Shown one piece after another: positions 9,689 through 18,915 of a stretch of DNA of 64,000 nt. Each line of letters begins with the position of its first letter. The first letter of the stretch is position 1. Both the position numbers and the translations under genes were made by a program. The DNA lies in contig CAZWKL010000003.1 of the NCBI GenBank assembly GCA_964633875.1, positions 7,849 through 71,848 of the forward strand, in the 5' to 3' direction. Origin of the DNA: an uncultured Pseudomonadales bacterium. Its GTDB lineage: Bacteria > Patescibacteriota > Microgenomatia > UBA1400 > PJMF01. Under the pieces are notes generated by a model. That model was not told where the DNA came from. It did not search any database and was given only the letters and a program-made list of their open reading frames with translations.

Positions 9689-10739
9689 TTGGTTGAAAGC
9701 CAGAAATGATCGGCAATTTAGAGAAAAGCTACTAATTCGTGAAAAAGTGGTAGACGGCATCAGGTCGTTTTTCAAACAACAGGGTTTTCACGAAGTGGAA
9801 ACGCCTCTTTTGGTGCAACATCCGGGCACGGAACCTTATTTGGAAGTTTTTGAAACCGAGCTGAAAGTAGCGGGCGCGGGTTCAAAGCGGGGTTTTTTGC
9901 TCACCAGCCCGGAATTAGCAATGAAAAAGTTGCTGAGCGCCGGTTTTGGTAATATTTTTCAAATCTGCAAAAGTTTTCGCAACCAGGAGGGATTGAGTTC
10001 TTTTCACAATCCGGAGTTTACCATTCTCGAGTGGTACCGGACTGAAGCAGATTATAGGGCGATTATGGAGGATTGCGAGCAGCTGTTGCTTCACTTGCAC
10101 CGGCAAATCCATGGCGCGGCTGGTGGCAATATTTTGACTTATCAGGGTCGGGAGTATGATCTTGCTACTCCTTGGGAGCGAATTTCGGTGGCTGAGGCTT
10201 TTGCAAAGTATGGCGGCATTGATCTTGAAACTATGCTGTCCGAAGAAAAATTGCTTGAAGCAGCCGCTAAAAAAGGCTATCAACTTACTGATACCCACAC
10301 CTGGGAGCAAGCCTATCACCAGTTGTTTTTAAACGAGATTGAGCCGAATTTAGGCCAAGCCGCGCCCACCATTATTTATGATTATCCGGCTTCGCAGGCG
10401 GCTCTTTCTAAGAAAAAGGCTGATGATCCGAGACTGGCCGAGCGGTTTGAGTTTTATCTGGCTGGATTGGAGCTGGGCAATGCTTTTTCTGAGCTAACCG
10501 ACGCCGCCGAGCAAAAAGAACGCATGCTCAAGGAGCTCCGGGAGCGAAAAGACCTGGGTAAAACCGAGTTTGCTCTGGATAAAGAGTTTATCCAAGCGCT
10601 GGAATTGGGCCTGCCGGAGACAGGCGGCATCGCGGTGGGGGTTGACCGGCTAGTGATGCTTTTTGCCGATGCCTCCTCCGTGTCCGAGACTCTGCTCTTC
10701 CCCATCCAGGACGTCTTTGCTTTTCCAGAGGAGCAGTAA
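9681..10739 (+). CDS. epmA: EF-P-lysine lysyltransferase (EpmA/PoxA/GenX; truncated class II LysRS paralog)
   Basis: About 350 aa with a class II aaRS catalytic core (FHEVETP motif 1, FRNEG motif 2, GGIAVGVDRLVMLF motif 3) and no anticodon-binding domain. Lies immediately upstream of efp; the ATG at 9681 overlaps the upstream stop. Confidence 0.7.
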   Translation: MSNWLKARNDRQFREKLLIREKVVDGIRSFFKQQGFHEVETPLLVQHPGTEPYLEVFETELKVAGAGSKRGFLLTSPELAMKKLLSAGFGNIFQICKSFRNQEGLSSFHNPEFTILEWYRTEADYRAIMEDCEQLLLHLHRQIHGAAGGNILTYQGREYDLATPWERISVAEAFAKYGGIDLETMLSEEKLLEAAAKKGYQLTDTHTWEQAYHQLFLNEIEPNLGQAAPTIIYDYPASQAALSKKKADDPRLAERFEFYLAGLELGNAFSELTDAAEQKERMLKELRERKDLGKTEFALDKEFIQALELGLPETGGIAVGVDRLVMLFADASSVSETLLFPIQDVFAFPEEQ

Positions 10740-10752
10740 TACAATATACCCC

Positions 10753-11316
10753 ATGCCAACCATCAAAGCCGGAAATATCAGAAAAGGAATGTACCTCAAG
10801 TTTAAGGATCAGCCGTTTTTGGTGACCAAAACTGATTTTATGAGTCCGGGCAAAGGCTCTGCTTTCATGCGTATAAAAATGAAAAGCGTGAAAACGGGCA
10901 ATACTCAGGAATTTACCTATAAATCCACCGAGAGTGTTGAGGAGCTGGAAATTAACAGCCAAGAAATGCAGTATCTTTATCAGGATGCCAATAGCGTGGT
11001 TTTTATGAACCCGCGCTCTTATGAACAAGTGGAAATTCCCAGACAGTTGGTCCAAGACCAAGCTCAATTGCTAACTCCGGATGTCAAAGTTTACATCATG
11101 TTTTATGAAGGTGAAGCTATTGGTGTCAGTTTGCCGCCCAAAGTGACTCTGGAAGTGGTGGAAGCTCATCCGGCCGTAGCGGGTAACACTCAAGGCCAAG
11201 CGCGCAAAGAAGTGGTGATGGAAACCGGCCTCAAAGTCCAAGCGCCAATTTTCATTAACAAAGGCGACAAATTGATCATTGATACGGCCACCAAAACTTA
11301 TGTATCCAGGGGTTGA
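10753..11316 (+). CDS. efp: translation elongation factor P
   Basis: MPTIKAGNIRKGMYL...SPGKGSAFMRIKMKSVKTGN with the conserved loop lysine; full EF-P length. Confidence 0.9.
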   Translation: MPTIKAGNIRKGMYLKFKDQPFLVTKTDFMSPGKGSAFMRIKMKSVKTGNTQEFTYKSTESVEELEINSQEMQYLYQDANSVVFMNPRSYEQVEIPRQLVQDQAQLLTPDVKVYIMFYEGEAIGVSLPPKVTLEVVEAHPAVAGNTQGQARKEVVMETGLKVQAPIFINKGDKLIIDTATKTYVSRG

Positions 11317-11318
11317 GA

Positions 11319-12152
11319 CTAGTCTGATTTACGAGTTTTAATATTTGCTATCAGCTCCCTACACGATGGTATTGATCCCATTTCTTTTTCTTGCTTTTGT
11401 TCTGGAGGAGCCCAAGGGGGAAAGATTTCTCGATACTTACTGGAAGCCATGCCACCTTGCAGTCGCCACCAGATTTGCTCTGCTTCCTGCCGGGCTTGCT
11501 TGGGTGTCATGGTCGCCCAATTTGACTGATCCATATCAGTGGTATACATCCATGATTTTGGATAACCAGGGATAATCCTAAATGTTGCTGATGATAACTT
11601 ACCAATTAGATGACCATTAGTAGCTTCGGTTAGCCAGAGAGAACTTCCTTTCGCAGGGTTGACGAAAACCAAGTGAGTAACTCCATCGCTATCGTGCAAC
11701 ATTGTCAGTCCCGGCACTTGAGTCATGATTTGCATGGTCGAATTTGGATGAGATAAATTGTTTTTAGAAAGCACTAGGGTTGGCTCGGGATCAGCAATTT
11801 GTTGTTGTGTTAGTAGTTGGGATAAATCGGCCAGTAGTTCATTTTTACCACTATACGACGTTGAAGCTTCTAAGCCTGGGGGGCAAATAACATCTGCTGC
11901 TTGAAGAAAGATTGTATCCCTAGCGAATTTTGATGGAAAATTATTTTGTGGAGATTCTATGGGAAGAACTAAACCACTGTTTGGTTCAACTGCTAAACCC
12001 AGCTCTTTATAGAAAGATAACAAATCTTTTTGACTTATCTCATTGCCACCACAATATGTTCTTAGCAGTATTTCTACCGTCAATTGATCAGGCTGTTTGG
12101 TACTTATTGGCACTTCAGGGTTAGGCCACCTGTTTTCAGCACGATTGAACAT
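11319..12152 (-). CDS. hypothetical protein
   Basis: 277 aa ORF; no motif recognised. Confidence 0.35.
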   Translation of the reverse strand: MFNRAENRWPNPEVPISTKQPDQLTVEILLRTYCGGNEISQKDLLSFYKELGLAVEPNSGLVLPIESPQNNFPSKFARDTIFLQAADVICPPGLEASTSYSGKNELLADLSQLLTQQQIADPEPTLVLSKNNLSHPNSTMQIMTQVPGLTMLHDSDGVTHLVFVNPAKGSSLWLTEATNGHLIGKLSSATFRIIPGYPKSWMYTTDMDQSNWATMTPKQARQEAEQIWWRLQGGMASSKYREIFPPWAPPEQKQEKEMGSIPSCRELIANIKTRKSD

Positions 12153-12198
12153 ACGCCCGCAGTATAGTACCGACCCTGGTATTATGCAGTGATCCCAA

Positions 12199-12759
12199 TC
12201 ACAAGGTTTTAAGAATTTTGGAAAGCTTGCGGGAAACGGTTTCCCGGGAAACTCCAGCCAGGTTGGCGATTTCTTGTTGAGTGAGTTTTTGAATCAAAGA
12301 ATGGGTATTGGCTCTTTTGGATTTGCACTCCAATTGTCTAATCACAACACCGATCTTATCCTCTGCTACGTTTAATTTTAAGGCGGAAACTTGTTCTGTC
12401 AGCACTAAAAAGGCTCTCAAAAAGGTGAGCAGCACTTCCTCCATAGACTCAGGGTGTTGGCGCAAATAATTTTGAAATTCCTTGACTGGGATGACATGAA
12501 CCTCAACTTCATCAAGGGTTTCGAAAGTGTAATTGTTGGTTCTTTTCAAAAGCGCTGCCGGCATGGGAATGATACAACCAACAGTAAAAAGTGACAGTAG
12601 GATGCAATTGCCGCTTGCCCCAGCATCATACATTTTTACAATACCCTGAGTGATGGCATAAACTTGGTGAGATTTGGTTCCCGGGTTGAGGATGATTTTG
12701 TTGGGAGGAAAATTTTTGACCGGAAATTGTTTAATCCAGTCCGATTGAATATGATTCAT
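12199..12759 (-). CDS. Crp/Fnr-family transcriptional regulator (cNMP-binding domain plus C-terminal HTH)
   Basis: C-terminal QQEIANLAGVSRETVSRKLSKIL HTH preceded by a beta-roll-like domain. Confidence 0.7.
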   Translation of the reverse strand: MNHIQSDWIKQFPVKNFPPNKIILNPGTKSHQVYAITQGIVKMYDAGASGNCILLSLFTVGCIIPMPAALLKRTNNYTFETLDEVEVHVIPVKEFQNYLRQHPESMEEVLLTFLRAFLVLTEQVSALKLNVAEDKIGVVIRQLECKSKRANTHSLIQKLTQQEIANLAGVSRETVSRKLSKILKTL

Positions 12760-12774
12760 TTTCTTTATTATACA

Positions 12775-14151
12775 TCAAAGAAAAGCCTCTTTAAAAAGAA
12801 TGGTTAAAAAGTAGGCGAAGAAAATGAAAGCGGCCAGCATAATAATGACTCTGATTTTGCTGGGCTGGTAATTTTGTTGCAACTTCATTCTGTTAAGGAG
12901 ATAAACAAACAAGAACGACATCATCATGGCTGCGGCGTTTAGGACTGCGCTCAAGGTTAACAGCACCCTTGGCTCCTGAAAACCCATGAGGTAAATGACG
13001 ATTCCGAGTATAATTTGTCCCCAGAGCGCGGCATAAAAAGCCAAGGACATGTTCATCTTTTTGCCCTTCCGGTAGAAAAGCAACAAAACATTTTCAGAAA
13101 TTACCCGGGAAGATGATTCCAATACTCCTACTTGGGTGGAAAAAAGCATCAGCGCTGATACCAGCAGGAAAAATACCCCGACAATGGGGGTTAATGACTG
13201 GGAAATGGCGGCGCTTTCCGCATAAAGGAAAGACAGCCCTTCTTCGGCCGGCGTGCCAAAAACCAAGGCCTTGGCCATCACCGCTAAGATCATGATAGTG
13301 ACAAAGCCCAGGCCCCAAAAAATAATAAAGTGTTCCAGATTGACCAACCGCCACCAGCTTTGCCAGCGGCTTTGGTTGGTTTTGGTGGAAGCAAAAGTTT
13401 CGCCTTCCATTTTAGTGGCCTTAGTTTTGCCGGAAAACAAGGAGGAAATTTTATCCATATAATGCCCCATGCCAAAGCCTTTTTCTTTGATGTAGTAAGA
13501 CTGAGCCAAGTTGAGGTTGCCACCGGCGCCGGAATAGGCAAAAGCGCCTAAAAATGCTGCCAGCGCTACCCCAGGCGGAAAGAGCCACCAACCGTCTCCT
13601 CTGCCAATCAACCCCCAGCCGGCTTCAATCCAATCCTGCTTACCAGTGAGCAGCAAGGTTAGCACTAGCATGAATGGCAGACCAATGAAAATGATGGCTT
13701 TTTGGAAGGTTTCCATGGTTTTGTAGACGGTGCTGCCGGCCGAAAGCAACAAACCAGTGAGCAACAAAAGGGCAAGAGCGATGGGCTTTTCCGGTATAAA
13801 GGGGAAAAGGGTGGCTAAAACATTGGAGGCGGCGCTGGAAAAACCAGGCAAAGACCAGGGAATAAAGGTGGAAATAATGTACCAAATGGTAATAATAATG
13901 CTCAGCCGCCGAAAGCCCATGAAAACACTTTCGCCCCAAGCCAGGCTGTAGCGCATGACTTCGGTGTTGAGGACAAACTGAAAACTAATACCCAAAAGCG
14001 CTCCCCAAAGTAGTCCGAGGCCGTAGTTGGCAGCTAGATATGGCCACAAAATTAGCTCGCCGCTGCCCAGAGCCAGGCCCAACAAGATGAATGAAGGCCC
14101 AAGGGTTTGCCATAAGCTGATTGGTTTGGGCAGGTCTTTTTGTTTGGCCAT
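12775..14151 (-). CDS. polytopic transporter, Nramp-like divalent metal transporter family (tentative)
   Basis: About 11-12 TM helices. N-terminal GPSFILLGLALGSGELILWPY resembles the Nramp TM1 region. The adjacent Crp/Fnr regulator fits a metal-uptake locus. Confidence 0.45.
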   Translation of the reverse strand: MAKQKDLPKPISLWQTLGPSFILLGLALGSGELILWPYLAANYGLGLLWGALLGISFQFVLNTEVMRYSLAWGESVFMGFRRLSIIITIWYIISTFIPWSLPGFSSAASNVLATLFPFIPEKPIALALLLLTGLLLSAGSTVYKTMETFQKAIIFIGLPFMLVLTLLLTGKQDWIEAGWGLIGRGDGWWLFPPGVALAAFLGAFAYSGAGGNLNLAQSYYIKEKGFGMGHYMDKISSLFSGKTKATKMEGETFASTKTNQSRWQSWWRLVNLEHFIIFWGLGFVTIMILAVMAKALVFGTPAEEGLSFLYAESAAISQSLTPIVGVFFLLVSALMLFSTQVGVLESSSRVISENVLLLFYRKGKKMNMSLAFYAALWGQIILGIVIYLMGFQEPRVLLTLSAVLNAAAMMMSFLFVYLLNRMKLQQNYQPSKIRVIIMLAAFIFFAYFLTILFKEAFL

Positions 14152-14276
14152 AGCGTTTGAATTAATATTTTAGTATAGCCAATTCTGGGTCGGCTTGTTA
14201 AGTGGCATTCAATCTGACCCACTAACACTTTTCTAGTAGTGAGCCAACGCAACGGAGTTTTGTAAGGTCCCTTGAA

Positions 14277-14365
14277 GTTTGTTAACTATTAACAAGAACT
14301 AACAACAGCTAGTAAATGTTGTTAACTATTAACAAAGTCCAAGTAGTGGTGGCAAAGCAGACTGG
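14277..14365. repeat. 89 bp repeat element, copy A (perfect inverted copy of 48378..48466); internally carries two GTTAACTATTAAC palindromic boxes
   Basis: Direct comparison: the reverse complement of 48378..48466 is identical over 89/89 nt. Confidence 0.9.
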
Positions 14366-14425
14366 CACATACTAGCTTTAGTCTGGCAGACCAGACAAGC
14401 AGCCACGACAATTATCGAACTCATT

Positions 14426-14917
14426 GTGAATATTTCACGCGATTATTACAATCTGCCCTTATATTACGAGTATATGAGGATAGTTAGCACTGCTTTTAAT
14501 GATGGTAGTATGATTCCCGAAAGATATACTTGTGTGGGAGAAAATGTTAATCCACCTTTTGAATTTTACGATTTGCCCATGGGTACAGAGTCGCTTGCCT
14601 TGATTATGGACGATTTAGATACGCCGTACGAAGTTGCGCACTGGCTTTTTTGGGACTTCGATCCGAGTATTTTGGATTACATCAGGGATAATTTGGTGCC
14701 ATCTTATGTGGTAGAAGGTAAAAATAATTTTGGTGGCAATCATTATACCGGTCCCTGTCCTCCTGAAGGGGAAATTCACCGTTATCGTTTTCGGATTTAT
14801 GCAGTCAATACCAAGTCAATTGGCTTGAGTGCGGATTCGGAAAAACATCACTTGGAAGAGGTGATGCAACAGTATTTGCTGGCTGAAGCGTCAGTTACTG
14901 GGCAGTTTGGCAGATGA
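14426..14917 (+). CDS. YbhB/YbcL (PEBP/Raf-kinase-inhibitor-like) family protein
   Basis: NPPFEF...HWLFWD...GGNHYTGPCPP...HRYRFRIYA are the PEBP signature motifs. The real start is possibly the MRIVSTAF Met at 14474. Confidence 0.7.
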   Translation: MNISRDYYNLPLYYEYMRIVSTAFNDGSMIPERYTCVGENVNPPFEFYDLPMGTESLALIMDDLDTPYEVAHWLFWDFDPSILDYIRDNLVPSYVVEGKNNFGGNHYTGPCPPEGEIHRYRFRIYAVNTKSIGLSADSEKHHLEEVMQQYLLAEASVTGQFGR

Positions 14918-14918
14918 G

Positions 14919-16172
14919 TCAAGCTATTTCCCGTTCAATTTCCATTAGGCGGTTATATTTAGAAACCCGCTCGCCTCTGGTGGGGCCGACTTTGATGTAA
15001 TCAGCGCCAACGGCCACAGCCAAATCCACCATGCTGGTGTCGTTGGTTTCACCCCCGCCGCGGTGCGAAGGAACGATAGTGAGGTTGTGTTCTTTGGCTA
15101 GTTTGCAGGCGGCCACAGTTTCAGTGAGGGTGCCGATCTGGTTGAGCTTGATTAAGATACCGGAAACAGCTTTTCTTTGAATGGCTTCATCAAGTCTTTT
15201 AACATCAGTGACAGTTAGGTCGTCGCCAATGTGAGGGACGTGATGCTGTTGTGCGACCGGTAGAAAATCAATCCAAGCTTGCCAGTCGTCTTCAGCGAAC
15301 ATGTCTTCCAGAGTGGCAATCGGGTATTGATTGAGCCAGCTTTCATAATATTTTTGAAGTTGGGCGGCAGTGAGGACGCGATTTTCCAGTTTGAGATGAT
15401 ACTTGCCGTCTTGATAAAACTCACTGGCGGCCGGATCGAGAGAGATGCTGATATCTTTGCCAGGCTGATAACCGGCCTTTTCAATGGCTTGCAAGATATA
15501 GGCAAACGGCGCTTCGTTGGATGAGATGTTTTCCGGAGCAAAGGCGCCCTCGTTACCGACATTGGTGGAAAGCTTGTTGTCTTGCAGGACTTGCTTGAGT
15601 TGATGGTAGCTTTCGAGAACCTGGCGAATATTTTCCGCTCTGCTGTCAGGGCCAATGGCCGACATGCAGTATTCTTGCATATCGGTGGTGTTGTGGGCGT
15701 GTTTTCCGCCTTCGATGACTACCATCATTGGGTTGGGCAGCCGCCAAGGTGTAGTGATATTAAAAGTCTGGCGCAGATGTTGAAAAAGCTGCTGTTTTTT
15801 GGCCGCCGAGGCTGCCTTGGCGGCTGCCAGTGACACTGCCAAAATAGCGTTGCCCCCCAGATTAGTCTTATTTTCAGTCCCGTCCAGCGCCAACATAATC
15901 CCATCAACTTCACTCTGATCTTCAGGAGATTTGCCCACTAGCGCCGGGGCGATGATCTCTTTAACATTGGCCACTGCCTTTAACACCCCCTTGCCCTGAT
16001 ACCGGTGGACATCCCCGTCTGTTAGCACCGCTGCTTCATGGGTCCCGGCAGATGCCCCATATGGTACCGATGCCTTGCCTAGATGACCGGTATCAAGTGC
16101 TACCACCGCCTCAACCGTAGGATAGCCGCCCGAGGCGATAATCTCGTAAGCCGTAATATGGATGATTTTCAT
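14919..16172 (-). CDS. eno: enolase
   Basis: MKIIHITAYEIIASGGYPTVEAVVALDTG...SHRGGGETNDTSMVDLAVA... is an enolase signature. Start adjusted to the MKIIH Met. Confidence 0.9.
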   Translation of the reverse strand: MKIIHITAYEIIASGGYPTVEAVVALDTGHLGKASVPYGASAGTHEAAVLTDGDVHRYQGKGVLKAVANVKEIIAPALVGKSPEDQSEVDGIMLALDGTENKTNLGGNAILAVSLAAAKAASAAKKQQLFQHLRQTFNITTPWRLPNPMMVVIEGGKHAHNTTDMQEYCMSAIGPDSRAENIRQVLESYHQLKQVLQDNKLSTNVGNEGAFAPENISSNEAPFAYILQAIEKAGYQPGKDISISLDPAASEFYQDGKYHLKLENRVLTAAQLQKYYESWLNQYPIATLEDMFAEDDWQAWIDFLPVAQQHHVPHIGDDLTVTDVKRLDEAIQRKAVSGILIKLNQIGTLTETVAACKLAKEHNLTIVPSHRGGGETNDTSMVDLAVAVGADYIKVGPTRGERVSKYNRLMEIEREIA

Positions 16173-16225
16173 AAAATTAGCATAACAGCATTTCTTATTC
16201 TTTAGCAATTAGGTATGATTAAAAC

Positions 16226-17242
16226 ATGGAAAATAATTGGTTGCGCCACGCCAAACAAAATCTCAAAAATCTCAAGCTACCGAAGAACGCGGCTGCCCAT
16301 CATATTGATACCACCATCCCGGTGGCCTACTCAACCGAGAGCATCGGTGAGGCTCGGGCTCGCATTATTGCTCAAATTCAAGATCACGACAGCATCAATT
16401 ATGTTTATGTTTTAACCAAAGGCAATAAATTAACCGGTGTTTTCTCATTTAGTAAATTATTGATTGAACCACCCGAAAAGCTTGTTAGTGAAGTGATGGT
16501 CACCTCAGTTCACTCTAGCAGTCCGCACATCAGTCAAGAAAAAGTAGCCAACTTCGCTCTTAAGCACAGCATTAAATCAGTTCCTATTATCGATAGTAAA
16601 AACAATTTTCTTGGAGTAGTACCCAACGACAAAATTTTATCAATCCTCCAAAGAGAACATCGGGAAGATATTTATAAATCTGCCGGTATTTTAGGTTATG
16701 AATCCGGGCACCACGACACTTTAAGCGAATCAGTGCTGAGCTCGTTTTGGAAAAGGGCGCCTTGGATTGTTATTGGCTTGTTTGGCGGTTTTTTAGCGGC
16801 AGAAATTGTTGGTTCATTTGCCCAGACGCTTGAAAAGAACTTAATTTTAGCCGCCTTTATTCCTCTAATTGTTTACATCAGTGCGGCTGTCGGCAATCAA
16901 ACCCAAACTCTTTTTATCAGAGACCTGGTAGTGAGAGCAAAAATTCCGATGGTGACTTATTTTCTCAAACAAATTATCATCACTAGCCTCATTGCTTTAC
17001 TTTGTGGCTTGCTCATTTATTTATCGATTTTTATCTTGTGGCAAACAGCCTATCTGGGAATGGTAGTGGGCCTAGCTGGTATTATTGCCATTATCTTTTC
17101 CACTTTTATCTCAATTATTATTCCTTACATTTTGAACAAATTGGGCCAGGATCCTGCTAACGGCAGCGGACCATTTGCCACTATTTTGTTGGATATTGCC
17201 AGTATCACCATTTATTTAAGTGTAGCTACCATCATGCTGTAA
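16226..17242 (+). CDS. mgtE: magnesium transporter MgtE (CBS pair plus TM domain)
   Basis: CBS region, then GNQTQTLFIRDL and the conserved DPANGSGPFATILLDI TM-domain motif. Confidence 0.8.
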   Translation: MENNWLRHAKQNLKNLKLPKNAAAHHIDTTIPVAYSTESIGEARARIIAQIQDHDSINYVYVLTKGNKLTGVFSFSKLLIEPPEKLVSEVMVTSVHSSSPHISQEKVANFALKHSIKSVPIIDSKNNFLGVVPNDKILSILQREHREDIYKSAGILGYESGHHDTLSESVLSSFWKRAPWIVIGLFGGFLAAEIVGSFAQTLEKNLILAAFIPLIVYISAAVGNQTQTLFIRDLVVRAKIPMVTYFLKQIIITSLIALLCGLLIYLSIFILWQTAYLGMVVGLAGIIAIIFSTFISIIIPYILNKLGQDPANGSGPFATILLDIASITIYLSVATIML

Positions 17243-17258
17243 CAGTTATACTGAACAG

Positions 17259-17975
17259 ATGGAAATTCTTTTTTTGGCGCTGACTTTTTTTCTTGCCGGC
17301 ATGGGCGCGGAGCTGATTGGCTTTGGGGTGTCTACTATTTCCATGTCATTACTGCCTTTTGTGTTGCCTCTGCAAGTAGTGATCCCTCTGGTAGCCATTA
17401 TTTCGTTGATTGCCACTGCTATTGTGGCTTACAAAACTAAAACCAATGGTCTCACCAAGTTGCTGCTGCCCCTTTTTGGCGGTTCTCTGGTGGGCATTCC
17501 TTTTGGGCTGATGTCTTTGGGTTCAATTGACGAGCGTTTGCTGGCGACAATTTTGGGAGTGATGCTGATTTTGGTGGCAGTTTACAATTTGTTCGCCAAA
17601 AAGATGCCGATTCCCTACCAAAAGAAACGAGTGGGAGCGGCGGTTGGTTTAATGGCCGGATTTTTTGGAGCTACTTTGAATATTAACGGCCCGCTGCTCG
17701 GCATCCATGCCGCTAATAACAAGCGCAACTCCGCGGCCAAACGCAAGGACATCATTGCTACTTATATGTTCGTGACGGGCGTGTTTATTGTTTTTGGCCA
17801 TACTTTTGCCGGCAGAGTTACTGGAACCGTGATTACTCACAGTGTTTTGTCACTGCCCTTTTTGGCGTTGGGTATTTTCGTGGGGGCAAAGTTGTTTAAA
17901 AAACTCAATTCGCTTTGGCTGCGTTACCTCATTTATTTGATGGTGATTATTGCCGGTTTACTGTTGATCATTTGA
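17259..17975 (+). CDS. TSUP-family (TauE/SafE) membrane permease
   Basis: Two homologous 4-TM halves, each with G-rich helices (LAGMGAELIGFG ...). Confidence 0.6.
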   Translation: MEILFLALTFFLAGMGAELIGFGVSTISMSLLPFVLPLQVVIPLVAIISLIATAIVAYKTKTNGLTKLLLPLFGGSLVGIPFGLMSLGSIDERLLATILGVMLILVAVYNLFAKKMPIPYQKKRVGAAVGLMAGFFGATLNINGPLLGIHAANNKRNSAAKRKDIIATYMFVTGVFIVFGHTFAGRVTGTVITHSVLSLPFLALGIFVGAKLFKKLNSLWLRYLIYLMVIIAGLLLII

Positions 17976-17979
17976 AAGT

Positions 17980-18228
17980 TTATTGGCACTGAGCGTCGCA
18001 GGCGATGCCGTCGCTATCTCTATCTCTGGCCTTGCAAGCACTTGGGTTCCACAAGCCGAGCTCTTTATCTTGGGCCTCTTTCTGTGCCGCTTTGTATTGC
18101 TCAAGATATTTGTGGGGTGAGTTGCCATATGGACTTGATTGAGCAAAGCCAAGCTTCATCAGTTTCATGACCCAATCTCTTAATTCGATCCTATAATTTA
18201 CTACAGGACATCTTTGAGCAATTGTCAA
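17980..18228 (-). pseudogene. probable remnant of a thermonuclease C-terminus with an Excalibur Ca-binding motif
   Basis: 82 aa ORF reads ...QKEAQDKELGLWNPSAC...DRDSDGIACD. The SNase C-terminal GLW motif plus D-x-D-x-DG-x-x-C-E/D match the C-terminal end of the intact nuclease at 764..1426, but there is no catalytic N-domain. Confidence 0.3.
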
Positions 18229-18261
18229 ACAGTGTCGAGGGAACTATCTTTTTCCACCTAT

Positions 18262-18735
18262 TCAGAATAAAAGCTTATCAACATCGGCAGAAGTGTATAT
18301 TTTCACATTCCTAATTTTATTCAGCTCCAGCCACTCCGGTCTACCGACATACTGTTTTTCTTGTTCGTTCAGAAACTCAGTGCTCAGCTCGCCGCCCACT
18401 ATTTGGCACTGATAGTACAAATGAATCGAGTGGACAAAAGTGCCTTTGAAAGGTAGCTTAAAAAAAGAATTCGAACAATGAAGAATTTTTTTGACTGTTA
18501 TATCAACCCCAGTTTCTTCTTTTACTTCTCTGATTAGGGCCGACTCTGTAGGTTCCCCAAGCTCGATACCACCGCCCGGGAAATCATAGCCGTCCCACTG
18601 TTTGGACATGAGGATTTGACCATCTTTAATAATCACCGCGTACACCGCAGGACGGAAGGCCAGCTCGTTTGCCGAAACTTGGTAGGTGTTGCCTTCTATG
18701 TCTTTGCAAGTAACGATTTGAGGGGAAGTTTTCAT
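18262..18735 (-). CDS. NUDIX hydrolase
   Basis: Nudix box GGGIELGEPTESALIREVKEETGV. Confidence 0.75.
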   Translation of the reverse strand: MKTSPQIVTCKDIEGNTYQVSANELAFRPAVYAVIIKDGQILMSKQWDGYDFPGGGIELGEPTESALIREVKEETGVDITVKKILHCSNSFFKLPFKGTFVHSIHLYYQCQIVGGELSTEFLNEQEKQYVGRPEWLELNKIRNVKIYTSADVDKLLF

Positions 18736-18915
18736 GGGGTGATTGTAGCACAAGGAAGCCTTAATTTGCTCATCACCTTATTTGATTAAAACTGCCGATT
18801 TGCCGGTAATGGCGCAATTGGCTGCTGCCCTGGCTCAGGAAAGATTTACGAGTGAAGATATTAAAGATGGAACTGCGACTTTGTGGGAGACAGAGTAGTT
18901 GATCAATAAAATTTT

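Noticed and set aside
13094-13951. Cluster of 60-99 aa ORFs on both strands
   Set aside because: All overlap the 458 aa polytopic transporter gene; none has a motif or an RBS.
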